Below, in pieces: positions 32,547 through 44,155 of a stretch of DNA of 64,000 bases. Within the stretch, counting starts at the first letter, position 1. Every line of letters starts with the position of its first letter. Under the pieces are notes generated by a model. It was not told where the DNA came from. It searched no databases and saw only the letters and a list, made by a program, of their open reading frames with translations. The translations under genes and the position numbers were made by a program. This stretch comes from Candidatus Hydrogenedens sp. (GTDB taxonomy: Bacteria; Hydrogenedentota; Hydrogenedentia; Hydrogenedentales; Hydrogenedentaceae): positions 32,001-96,000 of the forward strand of contig JBMFRC010000007.1 of NCBI GenBank assembly GCA_049968235.1, given 5' to 3'.

Positions 32547-34211
32547 CTACATCTTTTTAGAGAACAATATAGAGATTATCAGATAGATAGCAAGAACCCC
32601 TGCTACAGCGAATCCGATTGTACCTAAATTTTTAGTTGTCGATGACGTTGTTACTAAAAGACTTGAACCTACTATCAACGCTGAGGTTATCATACTTATT
32701 GAAATGCGACTGCTTGATTTATCGAGGATATTTGCCAGTTTCTCTAAATATTCATGATGCACATGAAACTTCAATTCTCCAGATACTATTTGAGATGTAA
32801 TATTCCGAATATCGTCAGGTAATTCGACAAAGAATTTCCAGAGTGAACTCAATTGCTGATTAATTTCACGAGAAAGGTTAGGAAGTTCATATTTTGACAA
32901 GATAAACCGTTCAAAATAAGGCTGTATAATAGCGACAAAATCAATTTCCGAATCTAATTGTCTTCCAACACTTTCTATAGTTGCCAATGCTTTAAGTAAA
33001 AGGGTAAAACGAGATTCCAACTCCAAGCCGTGATTTCTTAATATTTCAATTGCCCTTTCAATTCCTTTTCCAACCTGTCCCGTGCTGATAATTAAATATG
33101 CCTCAAACGCAAGGAAATCGGAAATTTCGTTTTCAAGAGATTTTATTTCCTTAAAATCTGGCCGAGAACATAATGCCAATACTGCCTGAGTACATTGTTT
33201 TACATTTTGATGAAAAATGGACATAAGCAAATTAGTTATCAACATTACATCCTGATCATCCAGACTTCCCGCCATTCCCAAATCCAAAAACGCAATCTGA
33301 TTGTTATAAGTAATAAAAATGTTGCCGGGATGCGGGTCAGCGTGAAATAGTTTATCTTCACATATCATTTTACAAAGAATTTCACATCCCAGACGGGCAA
33401 TCGTTTTTCGGTCACAATTCCGAGATTCATATTGCTCAAATTGGTCAATTCGAACCCCATCTACCCATTCCATCGTCAGAATTTCCGGTGTTGTATATGC
33501 TTTAAACACTTTAGGGATAAGAACATTTTTTTGATTTATCATATTTTTACGAAACATTTGTATAACACGTGCCTCAATCAAGAAATTCAATTCTCTTCGT
33601 ATGGAACGAGCAAACTCATTAACAATACCTGAAGGTCTTAAAAAGGCGATATCCGGATGTCCTTCCAACCATAAAGCAATAGTTTTCATCAGTTCAATAT
33701 CGGAGGCAATAACCCGATCAATACCTGCCCTTTTTACCTTGACAGCAACGATTGTCCCATCTTTTAATATTGCTTTGTGAACTTGACTTAGTGAACCTGC
33801 AGCTACTGGATTACTATCAAAATTCGGATATATCTCATTTATGGGTTTATTGAAAGCACTTTCTATCGTTTTTAAAATCTCTTCATAAGGTAAAGGAGCC
33901 ACATGATCTTGCAATAAACTTAACTCTTGAGCAATAGATGACCCAACAAGGTCTGGACGGGTACTGAGTATTTGTCCCATCTTTACAAAAGTTGGACCCA
34001 GTTCTGTTAACACCCGTCTTAATCGTTCACCCCATGTTAATTCAATATCGGGGAAACCATCTTTAATTTGTCGGTACAAAGACCATGGAAGTCGTTGAAG
34101 TAAACCCAATCGTGATAGAAGGTCATAAAATCCATACTTTGCAAATACCTGAAATATCTCAAACAATCGAACTGTGTTCGTTGCTTGTCTTTGCCAGCGG
34201 GTGTATATCAC
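32547..34211 (-). CDS. ubiB: UbiB/ABC1-family atypical protein kinase
   Basis: 'ELGPTFVKMGQILSTRPDLV' ABC1 signature, kinase-like core 'FHADPHPGNIF', and C-terminal TM helices. 3 bp upstream of ispE. Confidence 0.85.
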   Translation of the reverse strand: MIYTRWQRQATNTVRLFEIFQVFAKYGFYDLLSRLGLLQRLPWSLYRQIKDGFPDIELTWGERLRRVLTELGPTFVKMGQILSTRPDLVGSSIAQELSLLQDHVAPLPYEEILKTIESAFNKPINEIYPNFDSNPVAAGSLSQVHKAILKDGTIVAVKVKRAGIDRVIASDIELMKTIALWLEGHPDIAFLRPSGIVNEFARSIRRELNFLIEARVIQMFRKNMINQKNVLIPKVFKAYTTPEILTMEWVDGVRIDQFEQYESRNCDRKTIARLGCEILCKMICEDKLFHADPHPGNIFITYNNQIAFLDLGMAGSLDDQDVMLITNLLMSIFHQNVKQCTQAVLALCSRPDFKEIKSLENEISDFLAFEAYLIISTGQVGKGIERAIEILRNHGLELESRFTLLLKALATIESVGRQLDSEIDFVAIIQPYFERFILSKYELPNLSREINQQLSSLWKFFVELPDDIRNITSQIVSGELKFHVHHEYLEKLANILDKSSSRISISMITSALIVGSSLLVTTSSTTKNLGTIGFAVAGVLAIYLIISILFSKKM

Positions 34212-34285
34212 AAAACCCCTTTTCTATGTTTAGTCAAAAATTTTCATTTGTAATATTTTATTACAAACAAAAAGATATTTAAACA

Positions 34286-36469
34286 TTAATCTACAATTAA
34301 TTCAACTCTTTCGGGCGTAGATTTAATTGAAATACTAACTATATTACTGGATAGTTTTACACTTTTAAGGGACTTCCCATCAATTAAAACCCTGTTTATT
34401 TTATACGATTCAGGTTTATAAATATATAAAGTTGCGGGAGATGTTATTGTCTCTTTAAATAAAACTTCTAATTTCTTTTCCTCATTTATCCATCGAGTAG
34501 AATTAATAAACTCCATCCCACACTGGTCTGCTGTTTTTACTCCAACTACGGATGGAATATCTGTCTTAACTATTAAACCAATATATTTTTCCTCCGGGTT
34601 ACCTTGAATAGTTTCACTATCCTCTATAAATTTCTCTCTTGCATAATCCCAGAAGAGGGCTTCATTATTTATGCTTTTCAATAATGACGCAGAGAAAGGT
34701 TCTACATTTTTTATAATATAAATAAGGGAATTATTAAAACTATCTTGAGTTGCATAACTCCGATAGTACCACACTGACGGCTGTTTTTTATTTGTATCAA
34801 AAGGTGTAAACATTACCTTTGTTTTAATGGTTAATTGAAGCATTTTCTTTGCAACATCTGAATTATTAAAATCACCTAACCACACTGCGGGTCCTGGGAA
34901 TGACTGAAGGAAAGTATTTGTCAAAAAGTTTTGAGTATTTACTAACTGATTGTTTATTTTTACAGGACTAATCCCTGTATTAAAACTTGATAAAGTTCCG
35001 CTAATTGCACAAAATGCAGTTAATTCTTGTTCCGAATTTATGATTACCTCAGAGGACTTTGGATATACTGGAATATTGCTGAAATAGTTGGAGAGTTCCT
35101 TTAACCCTTGAAACATTGCCTCTGTATAAGTTGCATGAATCTGTTCTAAAACTGTATCCGGGACAGAAATATCACAAACGATAAAGTCGGGATTCCATGA
35201 CAAAATTTTCTCCCACCGTTTCTTTGCTACTTCTAATCCATTTGGTGTATTAAATCTAACAAAAGCATACTCATCGGACACAGGTACTGAAAATTCACTT
35301 CCCACTGGAACTACCCATGGATTTAAAGACAAACCTACTTTCAATGCACTATGATTTTTCAATTGCTCAATTATAGGTTTCATATCTTTTGATAAGGTTT
35401 TTGTATTTCCCTTCAAAGACCCTAAAGGTTGTTCCCAGCCATTTGGAATGAGTATAGCATTTATACCGACACTGCTTGAAAAACTGGCAATTTTTGAGAG
35501 ATTCCCCAAGTTTACCTTCCCCGGGTCAACAGAAATCCAACCCCGAACAGGCTTTTCTATTACCATCTTAGAATAGGTCGGAGAAAGAGAGGAAAGAGCC
35601 CATATAAAGGTAGTATGAAGTTTATAAGCATCATTACTAAAGGAAACAAGTACTGGGTCACTTTCGATGGTTTCTCCAGCTGCAATTGTCAAAGAAGGTA
35701 AATATTCACATTCAACTGCCCCTGTCCAGTTATCACCGTCCCCTTCCGTAAATATCTTAGAATGAGATTTTCCTTGAGGACAGACTGCAAAAACAATTTT
35801 CTGACCTTTATTCGTAGTAAGTTCTAATATTTGGGATTCTTCTTCTGAGGTATAAGCCCAGTATCCGTTAATATTACCTACAGGTCTCCGTATTTTTTCA
35901 TTAGGAAGTCGTGTAATTAATCCTGCTACTGGAGGAAACACAAAAGGTTTAATCTTAGCAATAGTGATAGGGCTTGTTCCATTATTGGTTATAAGTGTAC
36001 TAAAAAGTACAAAACTACACTGCTTAAAACTGGTAACACGCTGTTGGATTAAAATATCATTTTTTATAGGGAATATAGCGGTAAAATGCGTAGCAGGACC
36101 AAAAACACTATCCACTGCTACTCGGTCCGTAAATGCATTACCCAATGACTCTGCGGAAATTTCTTCACCCGTTTTTAATTGTATCGAAGGACCATAACCT
36201 TCGATAATAGTCATCTCCGAATAATTATCGGGTACGGTATAAAAAATATGCCAATCTCCATTCATCTCATCAAAATCAATCCCCATATTTTCCCATGAAA
36301 AAGTATATCTATGGCGTAAAACCCAGGGAGATGAACGAGGTTGAGGCACTTCATCTTCAACTTTTTTCTTCTTTTTTGCCGCTGACCAGCCATCAATAGA
36401 AAGCAAAGCAATAAAAGTTAACAGGAGGAGAAAAATAACATAACGATTGGTTTTCTTTTTTACAAACAT
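34286..36469 (-). CDS. secreted hypothetical protein, possible TIM-barrel glycoside hydrolase
   Basis: Signal peptide, a beta-rich N-terminal region, and a central alpha/beta region ('ILIPNGWEQPLGS...VGLSLNPWVV') suggestive of a GH-like barrel. No confident family match by eye. Confidence 0.25.
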   Translation of the reverse strand: MFVKKKTNRYVIFLLLLTFIALLSIDGWSAAKKKKKVEDEVPQPRSSPWVLRHRYTFSWENMGIDFDEMNGDWHIFYTVPDNYSEMTIIEGYGPSIQLKTGEEISAESLGNAFTDRVAVDSVFGPATHFTAIFPIKNDILIQQRVTSFKQCSFVLFSTLITNNGTSPITIAKIKPFVFPPVAGLITRLPNEKIRRPVGNINGYWAYTSEEESQILELTTNKGQKIVFAVCPQGKSHSKIFTEGDGDNWTGAVECEYLPSLTIAAGETIESDPVLVSFSNDAYKLHTTFIWALSSLSPTYSKMVIEKPVRGWISVDPGKVNLGNLSKIASFSSSVGINAILIPNGWEQPLGSLKGNTKTLSKDMKPIIEQLKNHSALKVGLSLNPWVVPVGSEFSVPVSDEYAFVRFNTPNGLEVAKKRWEKILSWNPDFIVCDISVPDTVLEQIHATYTEAMFQGLKELSNYFSNIPVYPKSSEVIINSEQELTAFCAISGTLSSFNTGISPVKINNQLVNTQNFLTNTFLQSFPGPAVWLGDFNNSDVAKKMLQLTIKTKVMFTPFDTNKKQPSVWYYRSYATQDSFNNSLIYIIKNVEPFSASLLKSINNEALFWDYAREKFIEDSETIQGNPEEKYIGLIVKTDIPSVVGVKTADQCGMEFINSTRWINEEKKLEVLFKETITSPATLYIYKPESYKINRVLIDGKSLKSVKLSSNIVSISIKSTPERVELIVD

Positions 36470-36589
36470 AAAATTCCTTTCATGTATATTTTGGTATAAA
36501 CTATTACAATTAACGAAACAAATACCTACAACTATTCAAACACACCACTTATTCCTGATTTGTCATAATAAGTAACAATCATTCCCGTT

Positions 36590-37648
36590 GTGTTAAAATA
36601 CTTGGTAATATTATGGGATTTTTTTATGAGTTTTGGAAAGTTTATATTAAACTATAGAACCATGTCAATTCTGTGTAGACAACTTGCATCCGCTTATGAA
36701 GGAGGTATTCCTATTATTCAAGCACTACAAATTGTTGGAGATAATTTTCCATCTCGAAAGGTAAAAACGATTTTATACCATTGTGCAGATGACCTTATTC
36801 GTGGGGCAACGCTCAGTGAAGCATTATATCAGGTAGAAGTATTTCCTGATTTATTTGTGCAACTTGTATCTGCTGGTGAAAAATCCGGCAGGCTGGATAC
36901 AATACTAAGAGATTTAAGTTCGTATTACGAAGACTTGTGGAAAATGAAACGATCCACAATTGCTTCTTTAATATATCCGGCAACTCAACTGATTTTAGGT
37001 TGGTTTTTAGGTAGTTTTGCATTAGGAATCGTTCGTCATATTGGATTAGAAAAAACCTTTTCATTGCATACTTATTTTGCATCTTATATTTCATTTCAAA
37101 TTAAAGTAATTATCATTGTTATAGCCCTGATAACCATACTCATATTTTTGAAAAACTTAAAAGGTTTTCAGTCCATTTTATATAAAATATTCAGATATAT
37201 CTATCCATTCAGTTTTATAATTCACAAATTTTCATTAGCCCGTTTTTTCAAATCACTGGCATTACTTTATTCAAGTGGTATCCCTATTACAGAAGCCTTA
37301 CAGCAATCTTCTGAACTTTTACCTTCTTCAGATTATCAAAAGGATATACTTACAGTGGTTCACCTTATTCGAAATGGAAGTAATCTTGAAAAGTCATTTA
37401 AAACACTTCCATGGATAGGTCGATTAGGACAAGAAATGATAGCAGTAGGGGAACAATCCGGAAAACTGGATGAAACATTACAAAAAGTGGCAGAATTTTT
37501 TCTACTGGATGCACAGCAAGCACTTCAAGTTGCAAGCAAAATCTTTAACATATTAATCTTATTGGCTGTCGGAGCCATAATTGGATTTATTGTAATAAGT
37601 TTTTATACTCAACTTTATGGAAACATGTTTCAACAATTAGGAATATAA
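36590..37648 (+). CDS. GspF/PilC-family inner-membrane platform protein (type IV pilus / T2SS)
   Basis: Two GspF-like repeats ('LASAYEGGIPIIQALQIV' and 'LALLYSSGIPITEALQQS') separated and followed by TM helices. Confidence 0.65.
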   Translation: MLKYLVILWDFFMSFGKFILNYRTMSILCRQLASAYEGGIPIIQALQIVGDNFPSRKVKTILYHCADDLIRGATLSEALYQVEVFPDLFVQLVSAGEKSGRLDTILRDLSSYYEDLWKMKRSTIASLIYPATQLILGWFLGSFALGIVRHIGLEKTFSLHTYFASYISFQIKVIIIVIALITILIFLKNLKGFQSILYKIFRYIYPFSFIIHKFSLARFFKSLALLYSSGIPITEALQQSSELLPSSDYQKDILTVVHLIRNGSNLEKSFKTLPWIGRLGQEMIAVGEQSGKLDETLQKVAEFFLLDAQQALQVASKIFNILILLAVGAIIGFIVISFYTQLYGNMFQQLGI

Positions 37649-37672
37649 ATATAAAAGGAAATGGTATAAAGT

Positions 37673-38194
37673 ATGGCTGAGATGATATACAAAGATGACC
37701 TTCCCCCCGAAGAACCTAAAGATTGGACAAAATATATCTGGGGTGGAATAATTCTTCTTTTCGTCATTATGGTTGTGGTTATCTGGATGGCAGGACATAT
37801 AAAGCCTCGAATTTCGTATGTCCGCGCAAAGCATATACTCATTAAATTTTCTCCTAATGACCCCGCTGACCGACAAAGGGCTTTAGAATTTATAACGGAA
37901 TTAAGACAGCGTATTGCTCAGGGTGAAGCGTTTGAAAAACTTGCCAAAGAGTATTCAAACGACCCGGCAAGTGCAAGACGTGGTGGTGATTTAGGATATT
38001 ATGGGAAAAATTCCTTTGAACCTGCTTTTGAAAGTTATGTCTGGTCAGCACCCATTGGACAATTAAGCGATATAATTGAAACGAAGTTTGGTTTTCATAT
38101 CATCATTGTAACTGATAGGCACTTAACAGAAGTAGACCGTTATGAATTGGAGTTAGATGAAAAAGCACGCAAAAGCCTCGAAAAAAACAAATAG
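37673..38194 (+). CDS. ppiC: membrane-anchored parvulin-type peptidyl-prolyl cis-trans isomerase
   Basis: N-terminal TM helix, then a parvulin domain ('AKHILIKF...ARRGGDLGYYGKNSFEPAFESYVW...FGFHIIIV'). Confidence 0.85.
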   Translation: MAEMIYKDDLPPEEPKDWTKYIWGGIILLFVIMVVVIWMAGHIKPRISYVRAKHILIKFSPNDPADRQRALEFITELRQRIAQGEAFEKLAKEYSNDPASARRGGDLGYYGKNSFEPAFESYVWSAPIGQLSDIIETKFGFHIIIVTDRHLTEVDRYELELDEKARKSLEKNK

Positions 38195-38238
38195 ATAAAA
38201 CAAACAGCAAAAATATATCCCAAAAGAGAAAGGAAAAT

Positions 38239-39432
38239 ATGATGTTAGAAAAATTTGAAATGGCACCTCCAGACCCCATTCTTGGATTAACAGAAGCATA
38301 CCTCAAAGATAGCAATCCTAACAAAATAAACCTGGGTGTGGGACTTTACAAAGATAATTCTAACAAAACTCCCATTTTTTATACGGTAAAAAAGGCAGAA
38401 AAATTTTTATTAGAAAAAGAACAGACAAAAAGTTATCTCCCTATCTCAGGCTCCCCTGAATTTTGTGAACATGTTCAGAACCTGGTCTTGGGAAAGAATA
38501 ATCCCTGTATATCGGATAAAAGAGTAGCAACGGTTCAGACCGTAGGCGGAACATCCGCTTTACGGGTTTTTGCGGATTTAATAAAAAAGAACATCGGAAG
38601 CAAAAAAATATGGATAAGTGATCCAACATGGGAAAATCATGCAAAAATATTTCAATTAGCAGGATTTGAAACCGCTACTTATCCTTACTATAACGCCCGT
38701 ACTCACGACCTTGACTGGGATAAAATGCTTTCTACCTTAGAGACTATTTCACAAGGCGATATTATTTTATTGCATGGTTGTTGTCATAATCCCACAGGAA
38801 TAGATTTAACCGAAGAACAGTGGAATACCGTTGCTAATGTGATAATGAAGAGAGGAATTCTTCCTTTGATTGATTTTGCATATCAAGGACTAGGAGATGG
38901 ATTAGAAGAAGATGCAAAAGGAGTTCGAATTATTACTAATAAAGTTCCCGAAGTTTTCATTTGTAGTTCCTTTTCCAAAAATTTCGGTCTGTATAATGAA
39001 CGATGTGGGGCATTAATAAATGTTTGTGCTGATAAAGAAATCTGCCAAAAAGTTCTAAGTCAGATGAAAGTAATTATTCGAACCAATTATTCTAATCCTC
39101 CTGCACACGGCGCTTATATTGTACATACAATTTTAAGTTCTCCGGAACTTCGCAGTGAATGGGAAAAAGAAGTTCAGGAAATGTGCAGTCGTATAAAAAA
39201 CATGCGGAAATTGTTCGTTGAAAAATTAAAAGAACTAGGAGTTAATCAGGACTTTGGTTTTATTGAAAAGCAAAAAGGAATGTTCTCCTTTTCGGGTTTA
39301 ACAAAAGAACAAGTTCTTCGACTGAGAGAAGAATTCTCCATATACATCGTTAACTCCGGTAGAATTAATGTCGCCGGAATTACAACCAGTAATATAGACC
39401 GCTTAGCGGAAGCCATCAGCAAAGTTTTATAA
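38239..39432 (+). CDS. aspC: aspartate/aromatic aminotransferase, class I (AspC/TyrB subfamily)
   Basis: 'FEMAPPDPILGLTEAYLKDSNPNKINLGVGLYKD' matches the AspC N-terminus. PLP-lysine region 'SSFSKNFGLYNERCG'. Confidence 0.9.
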   Translation: MMLEKFEMAPPDPILGLTEAYLKDSNPNKINLGVGLYKDNSNKTPIFYTVKKAEKFLLEKEQTKSYLPISGSPEFCEHVQNLVLGKNNPCISDKRVATVQTVGGTSALRVFADLIKKNIGSKKIWISDPTWENHAKIFQLAGFETATYPYYNARTHDLDWDKMLSTLETISQGDIILLHGCCHNPTGIDLTEEQWNTVANVIMKRGILPLIDFAYQGLGDGLEEDAKGVRIITNKVPEVFICSSFSKNFGLYNERCGALINVCADKEICQKVLSQMKVIIRTNYSNPPAHGAYIVHTILSSPELRSEWEKEVQEMCSRIKNMRKLFVEKLKELGVNQDFGFIEKQKGMFSFSGLTKEQVLRLREEFSIYIVNSGRINVAGITTSNIDRLAEAISKVL

Positions 39433-39446
39433 AAGAGCAACTATTA

Positions 39447-40094
39447 TCAGGAAGCGTTTTGGGCAAGGATATAAAGGTAGATACATATAAAATGAGTTAA
39501 ACTTCCTCCCATAACAAATAAATGCCATATCACATGATGAAAAGGTAATCGTTCCCACAAATAGAAAATAGTTCCTCCTGTATATAAGATACCCCCAATA
39601 AGCATAAGTAATAAAGCACCGGGGGGTATCATCTGAATAGCAGGTTTAATGGCAATGATGGCTATCCAACCCATAAGTATATAAATAAAAGTAGACAGAT
39701 GGTGCCATTTTCCTATAAAGAAAATTTTAAATATAAATCCTAACAAGGTAAGTATCCAGAGGGAAGCAAAAAGTGACCAACCCCACGGTCCACGCATATA
39801 TACCAACAGAAATGGGGTATAAGTACCTGCAATTAATACATAAATACAGGCATGGTCCATAAATTGAAAAAATCCTTTTATCCTTCCCGGTGGAAAAGAA
39901 TGATACAAAGTAGAACTCAAATATAACAGGATTAAAGCAATACCAAAAGTAATAACACCGGCAAGAGTCCACGGTTCTTCTTTCTGTACTGATAATATTA
40001 ACATTACCACAAAACCTGCTATACTTAATCCGGCAGCAAGTCCATGAGTAATGGCGTGGAATACTTCTTCAGTAGTTGTATATAATTTTTTCAT
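39447..40094 (-). CDS. hemolysin III / PAQR-family 7-TM membrane protein
   Basis: 7 TM helices. 'FHAITHGLAAGLSIAG' and the histidine-rich loops are typical of Hly-III/YqfA. Confidence 0.8.
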   Translation of the reverse strand: MKKLYTTTEEVFHAITHGLAAGLSIAGFVVMLILSVQKEEPWTLAGVITFGIALILLYLSSTLYHSFPPGRIKGFFQFMDHACIYVLIAGTYTPFLLVYMRGPWGWSLFASLWILTLLGFIFKIFFIGKWHHLSTFIYILMGWIAIIAIKPAIQMIPPGALLLMLIGGILYTGGTIFYLWERLPFHHVIWHLFVMGGSLTHFICIYLYILAQNAS

Positions 40095-40133
40095 GATTTA
40101 TACCCCTTCAATAATTTCATTTTATAAGGAAAT

Positions 40134-40949
40134 TTGATTATGCAAGTTATTATTCAGCCAACTTCAAATGACGCTGTTGAACTTGTTGCTTATATTATCG
40201 CAGAAAAACTAAGGAAAAAGCCACATTTAGTGCTGGGACTTGCCACAGGTAGAACTATGGTTCCTTTATATCAACGTTTAATAAAAATGCATAAACAGGA
40301 AAATCTTGATTTTTCACTCGCAGTAACCTTCAATTTAGACGAATACATTGGAATACCACCAGAGCATCCAGGATCTTATCATTATTTTATGTATAACACT
40401 TTCTTTCGCCATATAAACATTGATTTACGCAATACACATATTCCGAACGGTATGGCAGAAGATATAGAAAAAGAATGCAAAGAATACGAGGAAAAGATAA
40501 AAGACTTCGGAGGTATAGATTTACAATTATTAAGTATTGGAGAGTCAGGACATATTGGATTTAATGAACCTTTATCTTCTATGTTTTCAAGAACACGCGA
40601 AAAGGCATTATCCCCAATAACTATTGAGCAAAACAAACATCTATTCCCTAATCCAGAGGAAATACCTAAAAGAGCCATAACTATGGGAGTAGGAACCATC
40701 CTCGAAGCAAGCGAATGTTTAGTTCTGGTAACAGGGAAACATAAAAGTAAAATACTTGCAAAATCCGTTGAAGGGCCCTTTACTGCTATGATTTCTGCAA
40801 CGGCACTACAATTACATCCTGATTGTATTTTTGTAGCAGATGAAGAAGCAGGTTCTAACTTAAAACAAAAAGAATATTACCGCTGGATTTTTGAAAATGA
40901 ACCGGAATGGGAATTCTTCCGACAAAAAATGAAAAATAGGGAAAAATAA
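40134..40949 (+). CDS. nagB: glucosamine-6-phosphate deaminase
   Basis: 'LVLGLATGRTMVPLY...FNLDEYIGIPPEHPGSYHYFM' matches the NagB core, and the length fits. Confidence 0.85.
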   Translation: MIMQVIIQPTSNDAVELVAYIIAEKLRKKPHLVLGLATGRTMVPLYQRLIKMHKQENLDFSLAVTFNLDEYIGIPPEHPGSYHYFMYNTFFRHINIDLRNTHIPNGMAEDIEKECKEYEEKIKDFGGIDLQLLSIGESGHIGFNEPLSSMFSRTREKALSPITIEQNKHLFPNPEEIPKRAITMGVGTILEASECLVLVTGKHKSKILAKSVEGPFTAMISATALQLHPDCIFVADEEAGSNLKQKEYYRWIFENEPEWEFFRQKMKNREK

Positions 40950-40952
40950 TTT

Positions 40953-41750
40953 TTATCGTGAAGAATGCTCCTTTTCTTTCATAATATCATCCAGAATCAA
41001 TAATCGTTCAAACCAAATCATCAACATGGTACATAAGTATCTTCTTCCCATTTCACGAAGTTTCAGTTTGGACTGTCCCCATGTTCTTCCATACCATGCA
41101 ATTGGAATTTCCGCAATCTTATATCGACGAATCAACGCAGATAATGACATTTCTATGGTTATATTAAAATGAGCCGATTGTAAAGGACTAATTCCATCTA
41201 TAACATGACGACGATACACCTTGAATGCATTGGTTAAATCATTAAAACGGGTTAAAAAAAGTATCTGTAAAAATTTATTAACAATTCGATTCGCAATTAG
41301 TTTCCCTTTAGGGTAATGAGTAACAACACTTTCTCTCCGGAAACGAGAACCAAATACACAGTCATATCCTTCCTCAATCTTTCGATAACATCGAACAATA
41401 TCCTTCGGGTCATCGGAACGGTCTGCCATTACAATTGCAATTACATCTCCTTTTACATTTTTCAATCCAGTTCGAATTGCACGACCTAAACCACTGGGTA
41501 AAGGATTATCCACAGGGACAATCTCGGGATGTTGTTTACTCATTTCTTTTATTATCTGAAATGTATTGTCTGTACTATTATCGCTTACAATCACAATTTC
41601 AAAAGGAATATTTTCACTTCGCAATTCTTGAATCAGTTCTTCTACGGTAGTCGATATATTCTGTTCCTCGTTATGTGCAGGAATAATAATTGAGTATAGA
41701 AGGGAATTCTTCACCACCGGATATAAATCATATTCGGCCTTTGAGGCCAT
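40953..41750 (-). CDS. family 2 glycosyltransferase (polyprenyl-phosphate sugar transferase-like)
   Basis: '[14 protein letters not shown]' GT2 N-terminus and a DxD-like 'VSDNSTDNT'. Confidence 0.75.
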   Translation of the reverse strand: MASKAEYDLYPVVKNSLLYSIIIPAHNEEQNISTTVEELIQELRSENIPFEIVIVSDNSTDNTFQIIKEMSKQHPEIVPVDNPLPSGLGRAIRTGLKNVKGDVIAIVMADRSDDPKDIVRCYRKIEEGYDCVFGSRFRRESVVTHYPKGKLIANRIVNKFLQILFLTRFNDLTNAFKVYRRHVIDGISPLQSAHFNITIEMSLSALIRRYKIAEIPIAWYGRTWGQSKLKLREMGRRYLCTMLMIWFERLLILDDIMKEKEHSSR

Positions 41751-42789
41751 AATAAATCTCCTCTAATATCTTTTGTATATCGTATGTATACTTCCACTGT
41801 GGATAATGACTCTGAAACTTTCTCACATCACTAATCCACCAGATATGGTCACCTCTTCGGGGTTGGTCTAAATATATATAATTCATCTTCTTTCCTGTAA
41901 TTTTTTCACTCATCTTCATTGCTTCCAATAAAGAACAATTACTATGTCTACTCCCTCCAATATTATAAACCTCCGCGATACGAGGTGATTTATATACCTC
42001 CCAAAAGCATTCTACAAGGTCATTAGCATGGATATTATCCCGAACCTGTTTTCCTTTATACCCATATATTCTATATTCTCTACCTGTCATTGCACATTTC
42101 ATTAAATAAGCAAGAAAGCCATGCAATTCCGCTCCCGCATGTTGAGGACCGGTTAGACAGCCACCACGAAATATGGTCGTTTTCATCCCAAAATACCTGC
42201 CATATTCTTGTGTCATAACATCTGCAGAGACCTTCGATGCCCCGAAAATAGAATGCTGGCTCTGGTCAATACTCATAGTTTCATCAATTCCATATCTTGC
42301 CCAGGGATGGCTCGGCTCCACTTCCCAACGCGTCTCCTGTTCTACAAGGGGCAAAAAATTAGGAAGGTCTCCATACACTTTATTGGTGGAAGTAAAAATA
42401 AATACCGCATGCAGGGCATATTTTCGGGTTAATTCCAGCAAATTCAATGTTCCTAAAGCATTCACTCCAAAATCAGTAAATGGTTCCTTTGCTGCCCAAT
42501 CATGACTGGGTTGTGCAGCAGTATGTATAACTATAGATATATCTTTCTGATATTCGTTAAAAATCTTTTCTAGTTCACTATAGTCACGAATATCCACATT
42601 GTAATGATTATAATCAGGTATTTCTTCCTTTAGTTTTTCTACAGACCAGCGGGTACTTGCCTCTTCCCCAAAGAAATATGAACGAAAATCATTATCAATC
42701 CCAACTACTGTAAAATTCTCTTTTGCAAAACGCCGAACAGAAGCGGAACCTATCAATCCTCCCGAACCGGTTATAATTGCCACACTCAT
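41728..42789 (-). CDS. NAD-dependent sugar epimerase/dehydratase (extended SDR)
   Basis: Rossmann '[13 protein letters not shown]' and a YxxxK in '[17 protein letters not shown]' (the Y..K equivalent). Length 353 aa. Overlaps the downstream GT2 gene by 23 nt. Confidence 0.7.
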   Translation of the reverse strand: MSVAIITGSGGLIGSASVRRFAKENFTVVGIDNDFRSYFFGEEASTRWSVEKLKEEIPDYNHYNVDIRDYSELEKIFNEYQKDISIVIHTAAQPSHDWAAKEPFTDFGVNALGTLNLLELTRKYALHAVFIFTSTNKVYGDLPNFLPLVEQETRWEVEPSHPWARYGIDETMSIDQSQHSIFGASKVSADVMTQEYGRYFGMKTTIFRGGCLTGPQHAGAELHGFLAYLMKCAMTGREYRIYGYKGKQVRDNIHANDLVECFWEVYKSPRIAEVYNIGGSRHSNCSLLEAMKMSEKITGKKMNYIYLDQPRRGDHIWWISDVRKFQSHYPQWKYTYDIQKILEEIYYGLKGRI

Positions 42790-42950
42790 TTTATTTCCTT
42801 ATATGTTTTATTCTATCTATTCTGTGCAGTTAAGTTATATAAAGTTTTCATATTATAGAAGATATATAAGCAAAAGATAAAAATCATATAAATTCATAAA
42901 AATAGGTAATAATAAACACAATAGGAGTAATACAAATTTTTTATAAAAAA

Positions 42951-44066
42951 TTATTTAGATGGCACAGATTGTTGAAGTAATGTTAACATTTGTCTATCTA
43001 CTTTATGCCCCTCCCAATCCTCATACTCGACATCACTTCTACTCGAATCAATCGGACCAAAAGGTCCTACAAAATTCCACATTGACCAACCCCACCCTGC
43101 TTCATGGAATAAATTCAATGTATCTGCCAGCCATGCCATTACTGCCTTATGGGGTGTTTGATTAAATGCACCAAACTCTCCTACAAAAACAGGGACACCT
43201 TTATCCTCAAGAGCTTTCCATGGCTTTATTACTTGCTCACGAATACCTTCTTTGTCCCACAGAAATTCATCTTCTTTATAGGGATATTCAGGGATAGGCA
43301 CATTATCCCATACTCCTACCCACGATGCTTTATAGTGTGTAATTGCGAAGGGTTTATACATATGCAAGTTTGCAATAATCCCCAAATCAGAAAGTTCAAT
43401 CGGTGGAAAGGCTCCCCAAAATCTTCCATCACAATGAATAGGTCTTTCTTCATCTACATTACGGATAACCTCTACCAGTTTACCTATAACATTCTTATGT
43501 TTTTCTGGAGATATATTTCCAGGCTCATTCAAAAGATTAAAACTTAACTGCATGGGAGAAATATCTTTATATCGTTTTGCAAAAGTTTGCCAGTGATAAG
43601 TACAAATTTTTTGTGCTTCTTCATCATTCCACAAATTTATCGTCTCTTCAGGTTTCGCTACTGTCCAGCCCGGAGCACGGTGAAAATTCAAACAAACATG
43701 GATGTTATACTTTTTACCAAATTCAATAGTTTTGTCTATTTCCTTTAAATCCTCTTCCCGTATCTGATATAAAGATTCTTCATCGGTCCAGCACCGATAA
43801 TCCATAGGTAATCGCACAAAATTAAAGCCTAAACGATGAATAAGAGCAAATTCTTCCTCCTGAAATGGCTTTTTTCCATGAACCATAAAATAATTCAATA
43901 AATTAAAACCAAAAAATTTACCCCATATATTTTTCCCTTCATCTACTAACTTTTCATCAATCCTTTTTTCCCTTTGATTATCTACCCCACCTGATGAAAT
44001 CAATTTAGATATATGAAACATCGGATATGTAGAAAACAATTGTCTTAAAAAGGTTCTCCGCTCCAT
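42951..44066 (-). CDS. Tat-exported GH5 glycoside hydrolase (cellulase family)
   Basis: Twin-arginine signal 'MERRTFLRQLFS', GH5 acid/base 'FNLLNEPG' and nucleophile 'VFVGEFGA'. I chose the start at MERRTF (GAGGT SD 8 nt upstream) because the track's upstream Met would translate through the hairpin repeats. Confidence 0.8.
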   Translation of the reverse strand: MERRTFLRQLFSTYPMFHISKLISSGGVDNQREKRIDEKLVDEGKNIWGKFFGFNLLNYFMVHGKKPFQEEEFALIHRLGFNFVRLPMDYRCWTDEESLYQIREEDLKEIDKTIEFGKKYNIHVCLNFHRAPGWTVAKPEETINLWNDEEAQKICTYHWQTFAKRYKDISPMQLSFNLLNEPGNISPEKHKNVIGKLVEVIRNVDEERPIHCDGRFWGAFPPIELSDLGIIANLHMYKPFAITHYKASWVGVWDNVPIPEYPYKEDEFLWDKEGIREQVIKPWKALEDKGVPVFVGEFGAFNQTPHKAVMAWLADTLNLFHEAGWGWSMWNFVGPFGPIDSSRSDVEYEDWEGHKVDRQMLTLLQQSVPSK

Positions 44067-44089
44067 AAAAATACCTCTAAAATTTAAAA

Positions 44090-44123
44090 ATAGCACATAG
44101 CGGAATTTTACGCTATGTGCTAT
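44090..44123 (-). terminator. hairpin copy 1 (13-bp perfect stem, 8-nt loop) with a downstream T-run on the minus strand
   Basis: 'atagcacatagcg gaatttta cgctatgtgctat', followed on the minus strand by TTTTAAATTTT, which runs into the GH5 RBS. Confidence 0.5.
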
Positions 44124-44155
44124 CTTGATGAATGATATTAATTCAATTTTAAAAA